32,000 bases of DNA, taken from an uncultured Opitutales bacterium. GTDB taxonomy: Bacteria > Verrucomicrobiota > Verrucomicrobiia > Opitutales > Intestinicryptomonadaceae. The first letter of the stretch is position 1; each line of letters begins with the position of its first letter. The DNA lies in NCBI GenBank assembly GCA_934613415.1, contig CAKTSY010000003.1, forward strand, positions 240,001 to 272,000, read 5' to 3'. The notes below the pieces were generated by a model. That model saw nothing but the letters and a program-made list of their open reading frames with translations, was not told the DNA's origin and searched no databases. Shown in pieces: positions 8,148 to 16,935 of this stretch. The position numbers were made by a program, and so were the translations under genes.

Positions 8148-10172
8148 TTACTTTATAAACAAGCCCGAAAATATGAAGTAGAAGGCAAACGCTATAACCA
8201 AAACAGAAATGCCCGCAAGCTTTGCGCCGAAAGACGATTCCAGCTTAATCTTTTTATTTTCGGGCATTACAATTTCCTGCCTTAGGGGCTTAACCAATGT
8301 AAGAAGCAGCATTACAAAAAGCGAAGTTGCAAAGGTTATTGCCATGCGGTTTAAGAACGCAATATCGTTGCAGAAGAACTGCAAAAGTCCGTAGGCTATG
8401 GGGCTTACCAATATGCCCAACGCGCCCGCAAACCTCGGAGCTTTTTTGCTGAACATACCGAAGATAAACACCGCCAAAATTCCCGGCGAAAGATAACCCT
8501 GAAATTCCTGAATGAATGTAAATACGCCGCCCAATTTCGGGTTTGCAAGCATGGGAGCTACCATACAGCCAATAAGCGCAAATACGAGAACAGCCACACG
8601 GCCTATTACAACCATATTTTTGTCGCTTGCGTTTTTATTTAGGTATTTTTTGTAAAGGTCTATTGTAAATATGGTGGAGGCCGCATTTAACATAGCCGCC
8701 AACGAGCTTACAACAGCCCCCAACAAAGCCGCAAATATAAAGCCCCTTAAGCCAAAGCCTTCGGGCAAAACCTTGCTTATTAAAAGACCGAATGCCGAGT
8801 CGTATTTATAGCCGTACAAAGTTTGTTCAAACGACTTGTCGCCGCGGGTTGCCTTATGCTTTAAGTTCCATGCGTCTACAACGTTTTTAAGCGAAAATTC
8901 GCCCTTCGAGTTTGTGGCAGCCCAACCCTTGTCGTAGGTAAAATATTTTTTATACAAGTTGCCGCTTGCCTTATCGGCCTTATATTGCGAATACAAGCCG
9001 TCCAAATCGTTTTCGTTAAGCAGAACAACATTCTTGCCGTTGCCCATATCTACGGTAAACACACCTTGTGCCTTTTCGTGGAAAAGCGTTTCGTTTTTCG
9101 CGTCTAAAGCGTCGAAATATAGCGTTGCGCAAACCTTGGCATTTTCGGTTAAAATTTTCTGGTCTTTTGCCGCCGCCGAGGCTTGGTCTGCCGAGTACAA
9201 GTTAAACGCCATAATGCCCGGGATAACTATTACAAAGGGTATTATAAGCTTTAATGCCGCCGCAAACATAATGCCCTTTTGCCCTTCGCCCAAACTTGAA
9301 GCACCCAAAGTTCTTTGAATTATGTATTGGTTAAAGCCCCAGTAGTAAAAATTGGGAATCCACAAGCCTATTATAAGGGCTGTCCACGGAATTTCCTTGT
9401 GGTCGGCAGGCATAAACATTGTAAGCTTGTCGGCGTTCAGCGTCATAAATTTTTCCATAACGCCTGCGTCTTTTAGCGACGCCAAAGTTTCGGGCGAAAC
9501 CGTTTTTGTTGTTGCAATTTCGGCAACGTCTTTTGCGGCAAAGGCGTCGAATGCGAAATATGCAATTAAGCCGCCGCCTACAATAAGGGCGGTTCCCTGC
9601 AAAAGGTCTGCCCAAGCACACGCTTTAAGACCGCCCGCACATACATAGATTGCCGCCATAATGCCTATTGCCCAGCAAGCCGCAGGCACGTTTACCGCAA
9701 ATGGAAGCGATGTGCTGTCGCCAAAAACGGTATCGGCAACGGTTGCCCCCGAATATATTACCGCCGTTATATTTACGCAAACCAAAACCACAACCATCAG
9801 CAACGACATTATGGTTCTCGAAAGCGAATCGAACCTATATTCCAAAAACTGCGGAACGGTGTATATACCAAGCTTTAAAAATTTTGGCAAGAATAAGAAC
9901 GCCACAAAAACAAGCGTAATGGCCGCCATCCATTCGTAGCTGGCTATTGCCAAGCCCGAAATGCCCGACGCGCTGCCGCTCATACCCACAAACTGCTCGG
10001 TGGAAATATTTGCCGCTATAAGCGAAATGCCTATAAGCCACCACGACAAGCCTCTTCCCGCAAGAAAGTAGTCTTCGCTATTTTTTTCGCCCCTACTTTT
10101 TATCATACCAACGCCTATAACCGCCAGTACAAAAAGTATAAACACCGTAATATCTATATATGAGAATTCCAT
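8148..10172 (-). CDS. Sodium:solute symporter family (SGLT-like) transporter, probable sugar (galactose) uptake
   Basis: 674-aa polytopic ORF with SSS features: YFLAGRGLSWW, GMSGSASG and the LPEGFGLRGFIFAALLGAVVSSLAAMLNA segment. Its stop is 1 nt from the galK start. It carries an unusually long hydrophilic loop. Confidence 0.85.
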   Translation of the reverse strand: MEFSYIDITVFILFVLAVIGVGMIKSRGEKNSEDYFLAGRGLSWWLIGISLIAANISTEQFVGMSGSASGISGLAIASYEWMAAITLVFVAFLFLPKFLKLGIYTVPQFLEYRFDSLSRTIMSLLMVVVLVCVNITAVIYSGATVADTVFGDSTSLPFAVNVPAACWAIGIMAAIYVCAGGLKACAWADLLQGTALIVGGGLIAYFAFDAFAAKDVAEIATTKTVSPETLASLKDAGVMEKFMTLNADKLTMFMPADHKEIPWTALIIGLWIPNFYYWGFNQYIIQRTLGASSLGEGQKGIMFAAALKLIIPFVIVIPGIMAFNLYSADQASAAAKDQKILTENAKVCATLYFDALDAKNETLFHEKAQGVFTVDMGNGKNVVLLNENDLDGLYSQYKADKASGNLYKKYFTYDKGWAATNSKGEFSLKNVVDAWNLKHKATRGDKSFEQTLYGYKYDSAFGLLISKVLPEGFGLRGFIFAALLGAVVSSLAAMLNAASTIFTIDLYKKYLNKNASDKNMVVIGRVAVLVFALIGCMVAPMLANPKLGGVFTFIQEFQGYLSPGILAVFIFGMFSKKAPRFAGALGILVSPIAYGLLQFFCNDIAFLNRMAITFATSLFVMLLLTLVKPLRQEIVMPENKKIKLESSFGAKLAGISVLVIAFAFYFIFSGLFIK

Positions 10173-10360
10173 AAATCGAAAGTATTGTAAGAATTTAGTA
10201 TGCAGCCGAACAAAATTCTTTTCAAGATAAAAGCGTAGTGCAACTGCGACTTATGGCATATAACGCAAAAAACTTTACCAAGCCTAACCTGCAAATTATG
10301 CACAAAAACACCGCCTACAATATAAGACGGCTAAAAATTTTTACCGGAAAGCAACTTTGC

Positions 10361-11380
10361 CTATTTTTTTACGGCAGCACCCCTTAGGCGCGTTATTGTT
10401 GTTTGGTAGCGCACAATGCCGTTTACAATGCCAAGGGCAATTTTTGTGCGGTATTTTGGGTTTGCAATTCTTGCGCCTTCGCCCGCCGCCGAAATAAAAC
10501 CGCATTCAACCAAAACCGCGGGCATTGTGGCATCTGTTAAAACCGCAAAGCGCGCCTTTTTTGCGCCCCTGTCTACTGCGCCCGTCGCCCTTTTAAGAGA
10601 CGAATTAACGTAAAACGAAAGCAGCGTGTTCCAGCAATCCAAATTGTTTGCTGGGTAAAACTTGTTGCACGAAGCCGTAAGCTTAGAGCCCGACGACGAA
10701 TACTGCCCCCTTGGCGTCATCGCAAAAGTTTCTACCCCCGACACCAGCGAACTTTGCGACGAGTTGTAGTGTATGCTTATAAACATATCGGCCTTTGCCT
10801 TGTTTGCAATTGCGGTTCTGCCGTCTAGCGGAATGTATATATCGCTTTTGCGGGTAAACACCACGTTGTAGCCGCGCTTTATAAGCAGGCCGGCAACCCT
10901 GTTTGCCATATCAAGAGTAAGCGACTTTTCAACCAAATTATATTTTTTATTGAAAGCGCCCCTGTCTTTGCCGCCGTGGCCTGCGTCTATAACAATCTTG
11001 TTTAGCTTTAGTCCGTTTTTGGGAAGTTTCGGGTATAATATACCCTCTATAACTTTGTAGTAGTCTATTTGCGAAACGCACAGGTTGCCGCCCAAAAGCG
11101 CAACAGGAAAACCAAGCCAAATTCTGGCTCCGTTTATGTAAATGTCTCTTTGATTCACTTCAAAGTCTATCTTAACGGCCTTGTTGTAGATTGAAACCGT
11201 TTTGTTTTTAAGCACGGTGCGAACTTTCATAGAGCACCTTGCTGCGATTTTGGGAACGGCCATATATTTTATGCCCTTAAATTCGGCGTCGGCAGCCCAA
11301 AGCCTTGGGGCTGCAATAAGCGGCAACAAGACGGAAATAAATTTCCGCCTTGTCATTGAATATGCCGAATTTGTCCCCAT
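10361..11380 (-). CDS. N-acetylmuramoyl-L-alanine amidase (AmiA/AmiC-like) with twin-arginine-type signal
   Basis: Has the Amidase_3 motif IVIDAGHGGKDRGA and the later FISIHYNS and ECGFIS motifs. The N-terminal TRRKFISVLLPLIAAPRLWA resembles a Tat signal. An alternative ATG lies at 11356. Confidence 0.85.
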   Translation of the reverse strand: MGTNSAYSMTRRKFISVLLPLIAAPRLWAADAEFKGIKYMAVPKIAARCSMKVRTVLKNKTVSIYNKAVKIDFEVNQRDIYINGARIWLGFPVALLGGNLCVSQIDYYKVIEGILYPKLPKNGLKLNKIVIDAGHGGKDRGAFNKKYNLVEKSLTLDMANRVAGLLIKRGYNVVFTRKSDIYIPLDGRTAIANKAKADMFISIHYNSSQSSLVSGVETFAMTPRGQYSSSGSKLTASCNKFYPANNLDCWNTLLSFYVNSSLKRATGAVDRGAKKARFAVLTDATMPAVLVECGFISAAGEGARIANPKYRTKIALGIVNGIVRYQTTITRLRGAAVKK

Positions 11381-11419
11381 AACATAAACCCTTTGCCGCG
11401 AAAACGCGCGGCGTGTTGT

Positions 11420-12055
11420 TTATTCTTCGTCGCCTTCCGAAGAATCGTCTTCGGGGATTTCCTCTTCTATGCCGCTATACTTTAGCTTGCGCTTGTTCTG
11501 CTGAACAGGCGACATCGAAAAAGACACGCACCTGCCCGCAAGCTTGGGTTCGGAATCGGCAGTACCCATATGCAAAAGGTCGGTCTTTGCCCTGTTTGCA
11601 ATTTCAAAGGCCTTGTCTTTATATTCCATTTCGCGGCCGCGCATAAATACCGAAATTTTAAGCTTGTTGCCGGCAAACAAAAACCTTTCGGCACTGCGAA
11701 TTTTCGTCATATAGTCGTGCATTTCGGTCATCGGGCGGAACTTAACTTCTTTAAGTTTTGGCGCGCTAGACTTGTTCGACTTTTGTTTTTTAGACTCCTC
11801 GTACATATACTTGCCGTAGTCTACAATACGGCATACGGGGGGCTGTGCGGTAGGCGAAATTTCCACCAAATCCAAACCCATACGCTGCGCAATTTGCAAG
11901 GCTTCGTAGGGGGGCATAATGCCCACCTGTTTTCCGTCGGGGCCTATAACCCTTACCGTGCGCGGCCCTCTAATTCTTTCGTTTTTTCTGGGGCCGAAGC
12001 TTTTGTTTTTGTTGTAATACGGTTTTTGTCCGCTTTGGTTTGGCTTTGTTATCAT
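11420..12055 (-). CDS. infC: Translation initiation factor IF-3
   Basis: 211-aa ORF with the IF-3 core: NERIRGPRTVRVIGPDGKQVGIM, LDLVEISPTAQPPVCRIVDYGKY and KEVKFRP. It has an N-terminal extension and an acidic C-terminal tail. The start is an ATG. Confidence 0.92.
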   Translation of the reverse strand: MITKPNQSGQKPYYNKNKSFGPRKNERIRGPRTVRVIGPDGKQVGIMPPYEALQIAQRMGLDLVEISPTAQPPVCRIVDYGKYMYEESKKQKSNKSSAPKLKEVKFRPMTEMHDYMTKIRSAERFLFAGNKLKISVFMRGREMEYKDKAFEIANRAKTDLLHMGTADSEPKLAGRCVSFSMSPVQQNKRKLKYSGIEEEIPEDDSSEGDEE

Positions 12056-12131
12056 TAATTGTGTTTTGTTTTTATTAGCTCTTAAAATTCAATTAGCTTT
12101 AAAAAATTTTTCAACCTTTTTTTGGCGCAAA

Positions 12132-12719
12132 TTACAAAGAGTCTACAATGCCGTCGGCCAAGCCGTATTCAACGGCCTCTTTGGCGGTCATAAAGAAGTC
12201 TCTGTCGGTGTCTTTGCGGATTTTCTCTAGCGGCTGGCCCGAAGCGTCCGACAATATCTTGTTTAAAATATCCCTCATTCTTTCCATTTCGCGCGCCTGA
12301 ATGTGAATGTCTACGGCAGTTCCGCTAAATTCGCCCATAATAAGGGGCTGGTGAATCATAACACTTGCGTTGGGGAATAAAAACCTTTTGCCCTTTTTTG
12401 CCGCGCTTAAAAGGATAGACCCCATGCTCATTGCAATGCCCGTTACCACAATCTTTACGGGCGCGCTTATAAGCTTTATAGTGTCGTACAACGCCATACC
12501 CGCATTTATCGAGCCGCCGGGGGTGCTTAGATACATGGTAATCTCGGCCTTTTTGTCCATCATATCAAGGTACAAAAGCTTTTTTACGGCCTCTGCGCAC
12601 GATTCGTCGTTAACTTCGCCGAAAAAGAATATTTTTCGTTCGTCTATAAATTTTTTTTGTATTTGCTGGGCAATAGCTTCGCTATTCTTCTCTTTTTTGT
12701 CGCATTCTTCGTTTTTCAT
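12132..12719 (-). CDS. clpP: ATP-dependent Clp protease proteolytic subunit
   Basis: 195-aa ORF with catalytic-triad contexts GIAMSMGS (Ser), MIHQP (His) and DTDRDFFM (Asp). Confidence 0.93.
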   Translation of the reverse strand: MKNEECDKKEKNSEAIAQQIQKKFIDERKIFFFGEVNDESCAEAVKKLLYLDMMDKKAEITMYLSTPGGSINAGMALYDTIKLISAPVKIVVTGIAMSMGSILLSAAKKGKRFLFPNASVMIHQPLIMGEFSGTAVDIHIQAREMERMRDILNKILSDASGQPLEKIRKDTDRDFFMTAKEAVEYGLADGIVDSL

Positions 12720-12724
12720 AAATT

Positions 12725-13333
12725 CTATTTTTTTGATATTTCAAATATGGCGTAGCCCGCAAAAAGGTTGGGCATAAATTTGCAGGGGCTTTGCCAGTTG
12801 CCTTTTAAAAAGTGCCTTTTTTCTATAACTATGCCGTTGTCGGCGCAATATTTTTCGAAAGACTTAACGCTAATGTCGTTTGTGGGAACTGCGCTAGACC
12901 ATTCTTCGGGGTAAACTTCGTTTAAAACGCGGCTGCCGCTGAAGGCTATTTTTAGCCTGTTAAGCCAAAAGCCGTAGTTTACAAAGCCCACAGCAACGTG
13001 GTTGCCAACGCGCAACGCCTCTTTAATTACGGCGTCGGGGTTGCCCAATTCGGGCAGGGTTCTCGAGCACACAACCCAGTCGAACGACTTGTCGGCAAAG
13101 CTGTTTGCCGTTTTTAGAATGTCGCCGTGAATTACGTTTACGCCCCTTCGTATTGCCCTTGTAATTTTGTCAAAATCCAAATCTACCCCAACCGCATAAA
13201 TACGTTTTGTGCGCATAAGCTCTTCAAGCAAAAGCCCCCTGCCGCACCCCAAATCGAGCACGCTGGAAGCGTCGGCAATCCAACTTCTTATTGCCGAAAG
13301 CTCTATCTTGCGCTTGTCTCTATACTTAGACAT
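12725..13333 (-). CDS. metW: Methionine biosynthesis protein MetW
   Basis: 202-aa ORF with a methyltransferase-like VLDLGCGRG motif. It overlaps the stop of the upstream metX by 8 nt, which is the classic metXW arrangement. Confidence 0.8.
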   Translation of the reverse strand: MSKYRDKRKIELSAIRSWIADASSVLDLGCGRGLLLEELMRTKRIYAVGVDLDFDKITRAIRRGVNVIHGDILKTANSFADKSFDWVVCSRTLPELGNPDAVIKEALRVGNHVAVGFVNYGFWLNRLKIAFSGSRVLNEVYPEEWSSAVPTNDISVKSFEKYCADNGIVIEKRHFLKGNWQSPCKFMPNLFAGYAIFEISKK

Positions 13334-14459
13334 TTAAAAAGTTCTCTATAATTGCATAAAGTTTTGGCGAGTGAATCAAGAAAGAATCGTGCCCTTGGTC
13401 GCTTTCTATTTCGACATAGCTTGCGTTCTTTTTAGCCCTAATTAAAGCCAAGGCAATTTCCCTGTTTTGTTCGGGCAAAAACAGCCAGTCGGAAGTAAAG
13501 CCAACTGTCATAACTTTTGCCTTTACGTTTTTAAAGGCTTCTTCAAGAGTGTTGCAATGCCCCCTTAGGTCGAACAAGTCTAAAGCTTTTGTTAAATATA
13601 AATATGTGTTTGCATCGAACCTGTTTACAAAGGTTTTGCCCTGATGGTGCAAATAGCGTTCAACCTGAAAGCTTGGCGCAAAGGGGTTTTGCAAATTAAG
13701 CTCTACTTTGCGGCCAAATTTGTCGTCCATTCCCTTGTCCGACAAATACGTTATGTGTGCCATCATTCGGGCAACGCCCAAGCCCACCGCGGGCTGGTGC
13801 TCGTAGTCGCCGCCGTTCCAGGCTTCGTCGCTCATAATAGCGTGGCGGCCCACTTCGTTAAAGGCAATTGCCTGCGCATTTTGGCGCGAAGTAGTTGCCA
13901 ACCCCAAAACCCTCTGCACTCTGTCCGGATAGCTTACAGCCCACTGCAACGCCTGCATTCCGCCCATAGACCCTCCTATTACAAGGGCAAGTTTTTCTAT
14001 GCCTAAATGGTCTAGCAGGCGCGCCTGCGCATTTACCATATCGCCTATGGTGTAAATTGGGAACGTTAAATTCCACCTTTTGCCGGTTTTCGGGTTTATG
14101 CTGTTTGGGCCAGTGCTACCCCTGCAGCCGCCTATGCAGTTGCTGCAAATTACAAAATATTTTTCTGTATCAAGCGGTTTATTGGGGCCAACAATATTGT
14201 TCCACCAACCCGTTTTTTTGTCGTTGATACCGTATACGCCCGCAACGTGGTGGTCGCCCGTAAGGGCGTGGCAAACCAGCACCGCGTTGGATTTGTCGGC
14301 GTTAAGCTTTCCGTAGGTTTCGTATCTGATATTGAACTCGTCTAAAGACGCCCCCAGCTCGAGCTTTAGCGGAGTTTTGCTGTAAAAATCGCTATACGAA
14401 ACAATGCCTACCTCGCCCGCTTGGGCTTGGCGGAAATTTTCTGGTTCAAAATCGTTCAT
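13326..14459 (-). CDS. metX: Homoserine O-acetyltransferase
   Basis: 377-aa alpha/beta hydrolase with the nucleophile elbow GGSMGGMQAL. It has the MetX-typical N-terminus (LELGASL...YETYGKLN...NAVLVCHALTGDHH) and the C-terminal GHDSFL. Confidence 0.92.
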   Translation of the reverse strand: MNDFEPENFRQAQAGEVGIVSYSDFYSKTPLKLELGASLDEFNIRYETYGKLNADKSNAVLVCHALTGDHHVAGVYGINDKKTGWWNNIVGPNKPLDTEKYFVICSNCIGGCRGSTGPNSINPKTGKRWNLTFPIYTIGDMVNAQARLLDHLGIEKLALVIGGSMGGMQALQWAVSYPDRVQRVLGLATTSRQNAQAIAFNEVGRHAIMSDEAWNGGDYEHQPAVGLGVARMMAHITYLSDKGMDDKFGRKVELNLQNPFAPSFQVERYLHHQGKTFVNRFDANTYLYLTKALDLFDLRGHCNTLEEAFKNVKAKVMTVGFTSDWLFLPEQNREIALALIRAKKNASYVEIESDQGHDSFLIHSPKLYAIIENFLNV

Positions 14460-14463
14460 TATA

Positions 14464-14500
14464 TTTTTTGCTCCGACTACCTTTGCCGAAGTATAAAAAA
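14464..14500 (-). promoter_or_regulatory. Leader hairpin overlapping the metX Shine-Dalgarno sequence
   Basis: The minus-strand RNA reads GCUUUUUUAUA-CUUCGG-CAAAGGUAG-UCGGAG-CAAAAAAUAUA-AUG. A 6-bp stem (two G:U pairs) includes the GGAG located 11 nt upstream of the ATG. It is flanked by complementary U6 and A6 runs. Confidence 0.3.
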
Positions 14501-14571
14501 GCAGGTCTCACATTCTTGACGAACAAATGCGAATATCAAGCATTTTTATAACGGCAAAAAACGGTTTTGCG

Positions 14572-15915
14572 CTAAACGGTTTTCGAGTGCCGGGCAAAAG
14601 ACCTGCCGTCGAAAAGCATTGCAACATTGCGCATAAACACCCTACCAAAGTCTAGCAGCTTAAACGAATATTCGCCGTCGAATTCCAAAAGCTTGTCGGC
14701 TTGCATTTCAAGCAGCTTTGGTCTTGCGGCGTCGAAAATCCTTTTATATTCGGCAACTTCGGCGGGCTCGAAAACGCTTTCCGAGACTTTTAGCAGGCAC
14801 ATTATAGACATAATCGCCTTGCGGCGCAAAATGTCGTCGGCGGTTAAAACAACACCCCTTTCCACAGGCAAAACGCCGTTGTTTATATCGGCATAATATT
14901 TTTGCATATCCTTTCGGTTTTGCCTGTAGCTATTTTTTGTCTGCGAAATCGAGGTTAGCCCTATGCCGAAACCGTCTATGCCCGAATGTGTGCTATAGCC
15001 CTGAAAATTCCTCTGCAAAGTGCCTTCTAAACGCGCCTTTACCAGTTCGTCTTGCGGCTTTGCAAAGTGGTCTAGCCCTATATACAAAAAGCCCGCGTTC
15101 TCAAAAGTCTGCTTTGCCAAAAGAAAGCATTCAACCTTTTCGTCTGCCGAAACAAATTCGTATTTCTCCAGCGCCTTTTGCGAAGTTTTTAGCCACGGAA
15201 CGTGCGCGTAGTTGAAAAGCGAAATCCTTGTGGGGTTAAGCTGCAAAACGTCGCCCAATGTTTTTTCGAAAGCCTTTAATGTTTGCAAGGGCAAGCCGTA
15301 AATTAAATCGGCGTTAATGTGGGTTATGCCTGCATTGCGCAGGGCGTCAAAAGTTGCCAAATTCATCGACTGCGGCTGCACGCGGTTTATCGCCTTTTGC
15401 ACAAAGTCGTTGGTGTCTTGCAGGCCTATGGAAGCCCTGTTTACGCCTATGTCGGCAAACGCCTTTATTTTTTCTTCCGTCAAAGTTCTGGGGTCTAATT
15501 CTGCCGAAAATTCGCATTGCGGCGATTTTTCAAAATACTTTTCTATTATCTTGTTAAGCCTGTAGATTTGCGAAACGCTTAAAAAGTTGGGAGTACCTCC
15601 GCCAAAGTGTATTTGCTCTAGCGTTTTTTTGTCCAATCCCCTGCTTCGCCAAAGTTTTAGTTCGGCGTCTAATGCGTCTAAATAAGTGTCGGCTTTCGAA
15701 ATATCTAAACACACGCTTGAAGAGCACGCGCAAAAAAAGCACTGCGAAGCGCAAAATGGAATGTGCACATATAGCGACAACGCGTTTGAGCCGTTTACCG
15801 CGAGGTCAATTAGGGTTTCCTTGTTTTCGCCTTCGGTAAAATGCACCGCCGTCGGATACGATGTGTATCTTGGGCCGTTTGCCACGTATTTGTCTATAAG
15901 CTGTTTTAGATTCAT
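14572..15915 (-). CDS. hemN: Oxygen-independent coproporphyrinogen III oxidase (radical SAM, HemN family)
   Basis: Has the radical-SAM cluster motif CASQCFFC (CxxxCxxC) in HIPFCASQCFFCAC, and the YTSYPT and GGGTPNFL motifs. The ATG at 15915 forms an ATGA overlap with the hemE stop. The track start at 15933 is a TTG. Confidence 0.88.
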   Translation of the reverse strand: MNLKQLIDKYVANGPRYTSYPTAVHFTEGENKETLIDLAVNGSNALSLYVHIPFCASQCFFCACSSSVCLDISKADTYLDALDAELKLWRSRGLDKKTLEQIHFGGGTPNFLSVSQIYRLNKIIEKYFEKSPQCEFSAELDPRTLTEEKIKAFADIGVNRASIGLQDTNDFVQKAINRVQPQSMNLATFDALRNAGITHINADLIYGLPLQTLKAFEKTLGDVLQLNPTRISLFNYAHVPWLKTSQKALEKYEFVSADEKVECFLLAKQTFENAGFLYIGLDHFAKPQDELVKARLEGTLQRNFQGYSTHSGIDGFGIGLTSISQTKNSYRQNRKDMQKYYADINNGVLPVERGVVLTADDILRRKAIMSIMCLLKVSESVFEPAEVAEYKRIFDAARPKLLEMQADKLLEFDGEYSFKLLDFGRVFMRNVAMLFDGRSFARHSKTV

Positions 15916-16934
15916 TTCATTACCGCCTTGCAAATGGCATATACGTTTTCGAGTTTTGCGTTCGGGGTAATGCCGTGCCCCAAATTGAAAATGTGCCCGC
16001 CAATGTTTTTCATATCTTCGACAATTTCGGCAGCCTTTTGTACAACCTCTTGCGGAGTTGAAAATTCAAGCATAGCGTTGTTTAAATTGCCCTGCAATGC
16101 ATATCTGCCATTGTGCGCCGCCTTTAGTTGCGACAATTTTACGCCGCTATTTACGCTGTATGCCGAAGCTTTTACATTTAGCATTTCACCGAAAATATCG
16201 GAGGCATTAAGGGCAAAAAGTATGCTTTTTGCGCTTTCGGGCAACTGCGCAAGAGCCGCCTGTATATATTTGCCGGAAAGTTCCCAATAGTTTTTTTCCC
16301 CCAGCAAATGCGAGTGCGAATCGAAAATCTGTACTGCGTCGGCATTGCATTTAAACTGGGCTTTTATGTATAGACCCACTGCGTTCGACAACTTTTGCAT
16401 AAGCATTGCAAAAAGCTCTGGCTCTGTTTTCATAAACGCTTTGTAGCGCGGAAAATCTTTTGAAGACTCGCCCTCTATAAGGTAGGCACCCAAAGTAAAC
16501 GGACTTGCCGAAAAGCCCAAAACCGCCTTTTTGGGCAATGCGTTTCTAAGAAGCTTTAGCGCATTAAAAACATATCCCAATTTTTCGCAAACGCATTCCG
16601 CATTCAAGTTTTCAATGTCTTTTTTCGAAGAAATTCTGCCCGAAAACGAAAGCCCTTTGCCGTCTATAAAATTGTAGCCATAACCCAATGCCTCGGCCAA
16701 AACAAGTATGTCGGAAAACAGTATGGCGCAATCGAAACCGAAGCGTTCTATGGGCTGCAATGCCGCCTGCAATGCAAGTTCGGGTGTTTTTACCAAATTC
16801 AAAAAACCGCCGTGCTTTTCCTTTAAATCCCTATACTCTGGCAAATATCTGCCCGCCTGCCGCATAATCCACAAAGGCGGGCGTTCGGTTTTTTTACCAC
16901 AAATTGCGTCGCAAAAAAGCTGCCTTGAATCCAT
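15912..16934 (-). CDS. hemE: Uroporphyrinogen decarboxylase
   Basis: 340-aa ORF with the URO-D signature PPLWIMRQAGRYLPEY and a second conserved region (FGFDCAILFSDILV). Confidence 0.92.
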   Translation of the reverse strand: MDSRQLFCDAICGKKTERPPLWIMRQAGRYLPEYRDLKEKHGGFLNLVKTPELALQAALQPIERFGFDCAILFSDILVLAEALGYGYNFIDGKGLSFSGRISSKKDIENLNAECVCEKLGYVFNALKLLRNALPKKAVLGFSASPFTLGAYLIEGESSKDFPRYKAFMKTEPELFAMLMQKLSNAVGLYIKAQFKCNADAVQIFDSHSHLLGEKNYWELSGKYIQAALAQLPESAKSILFALNASDIFGEMLNVKASAYSVNSGVKLSQLKAAHNGRYALQGNLNNAMLEFSTPQEVVQKAAEIVEDMKNIGGHIFNLGHGITPNAKLENVYAICKAVMK

Positions 16935-16935
16935 C

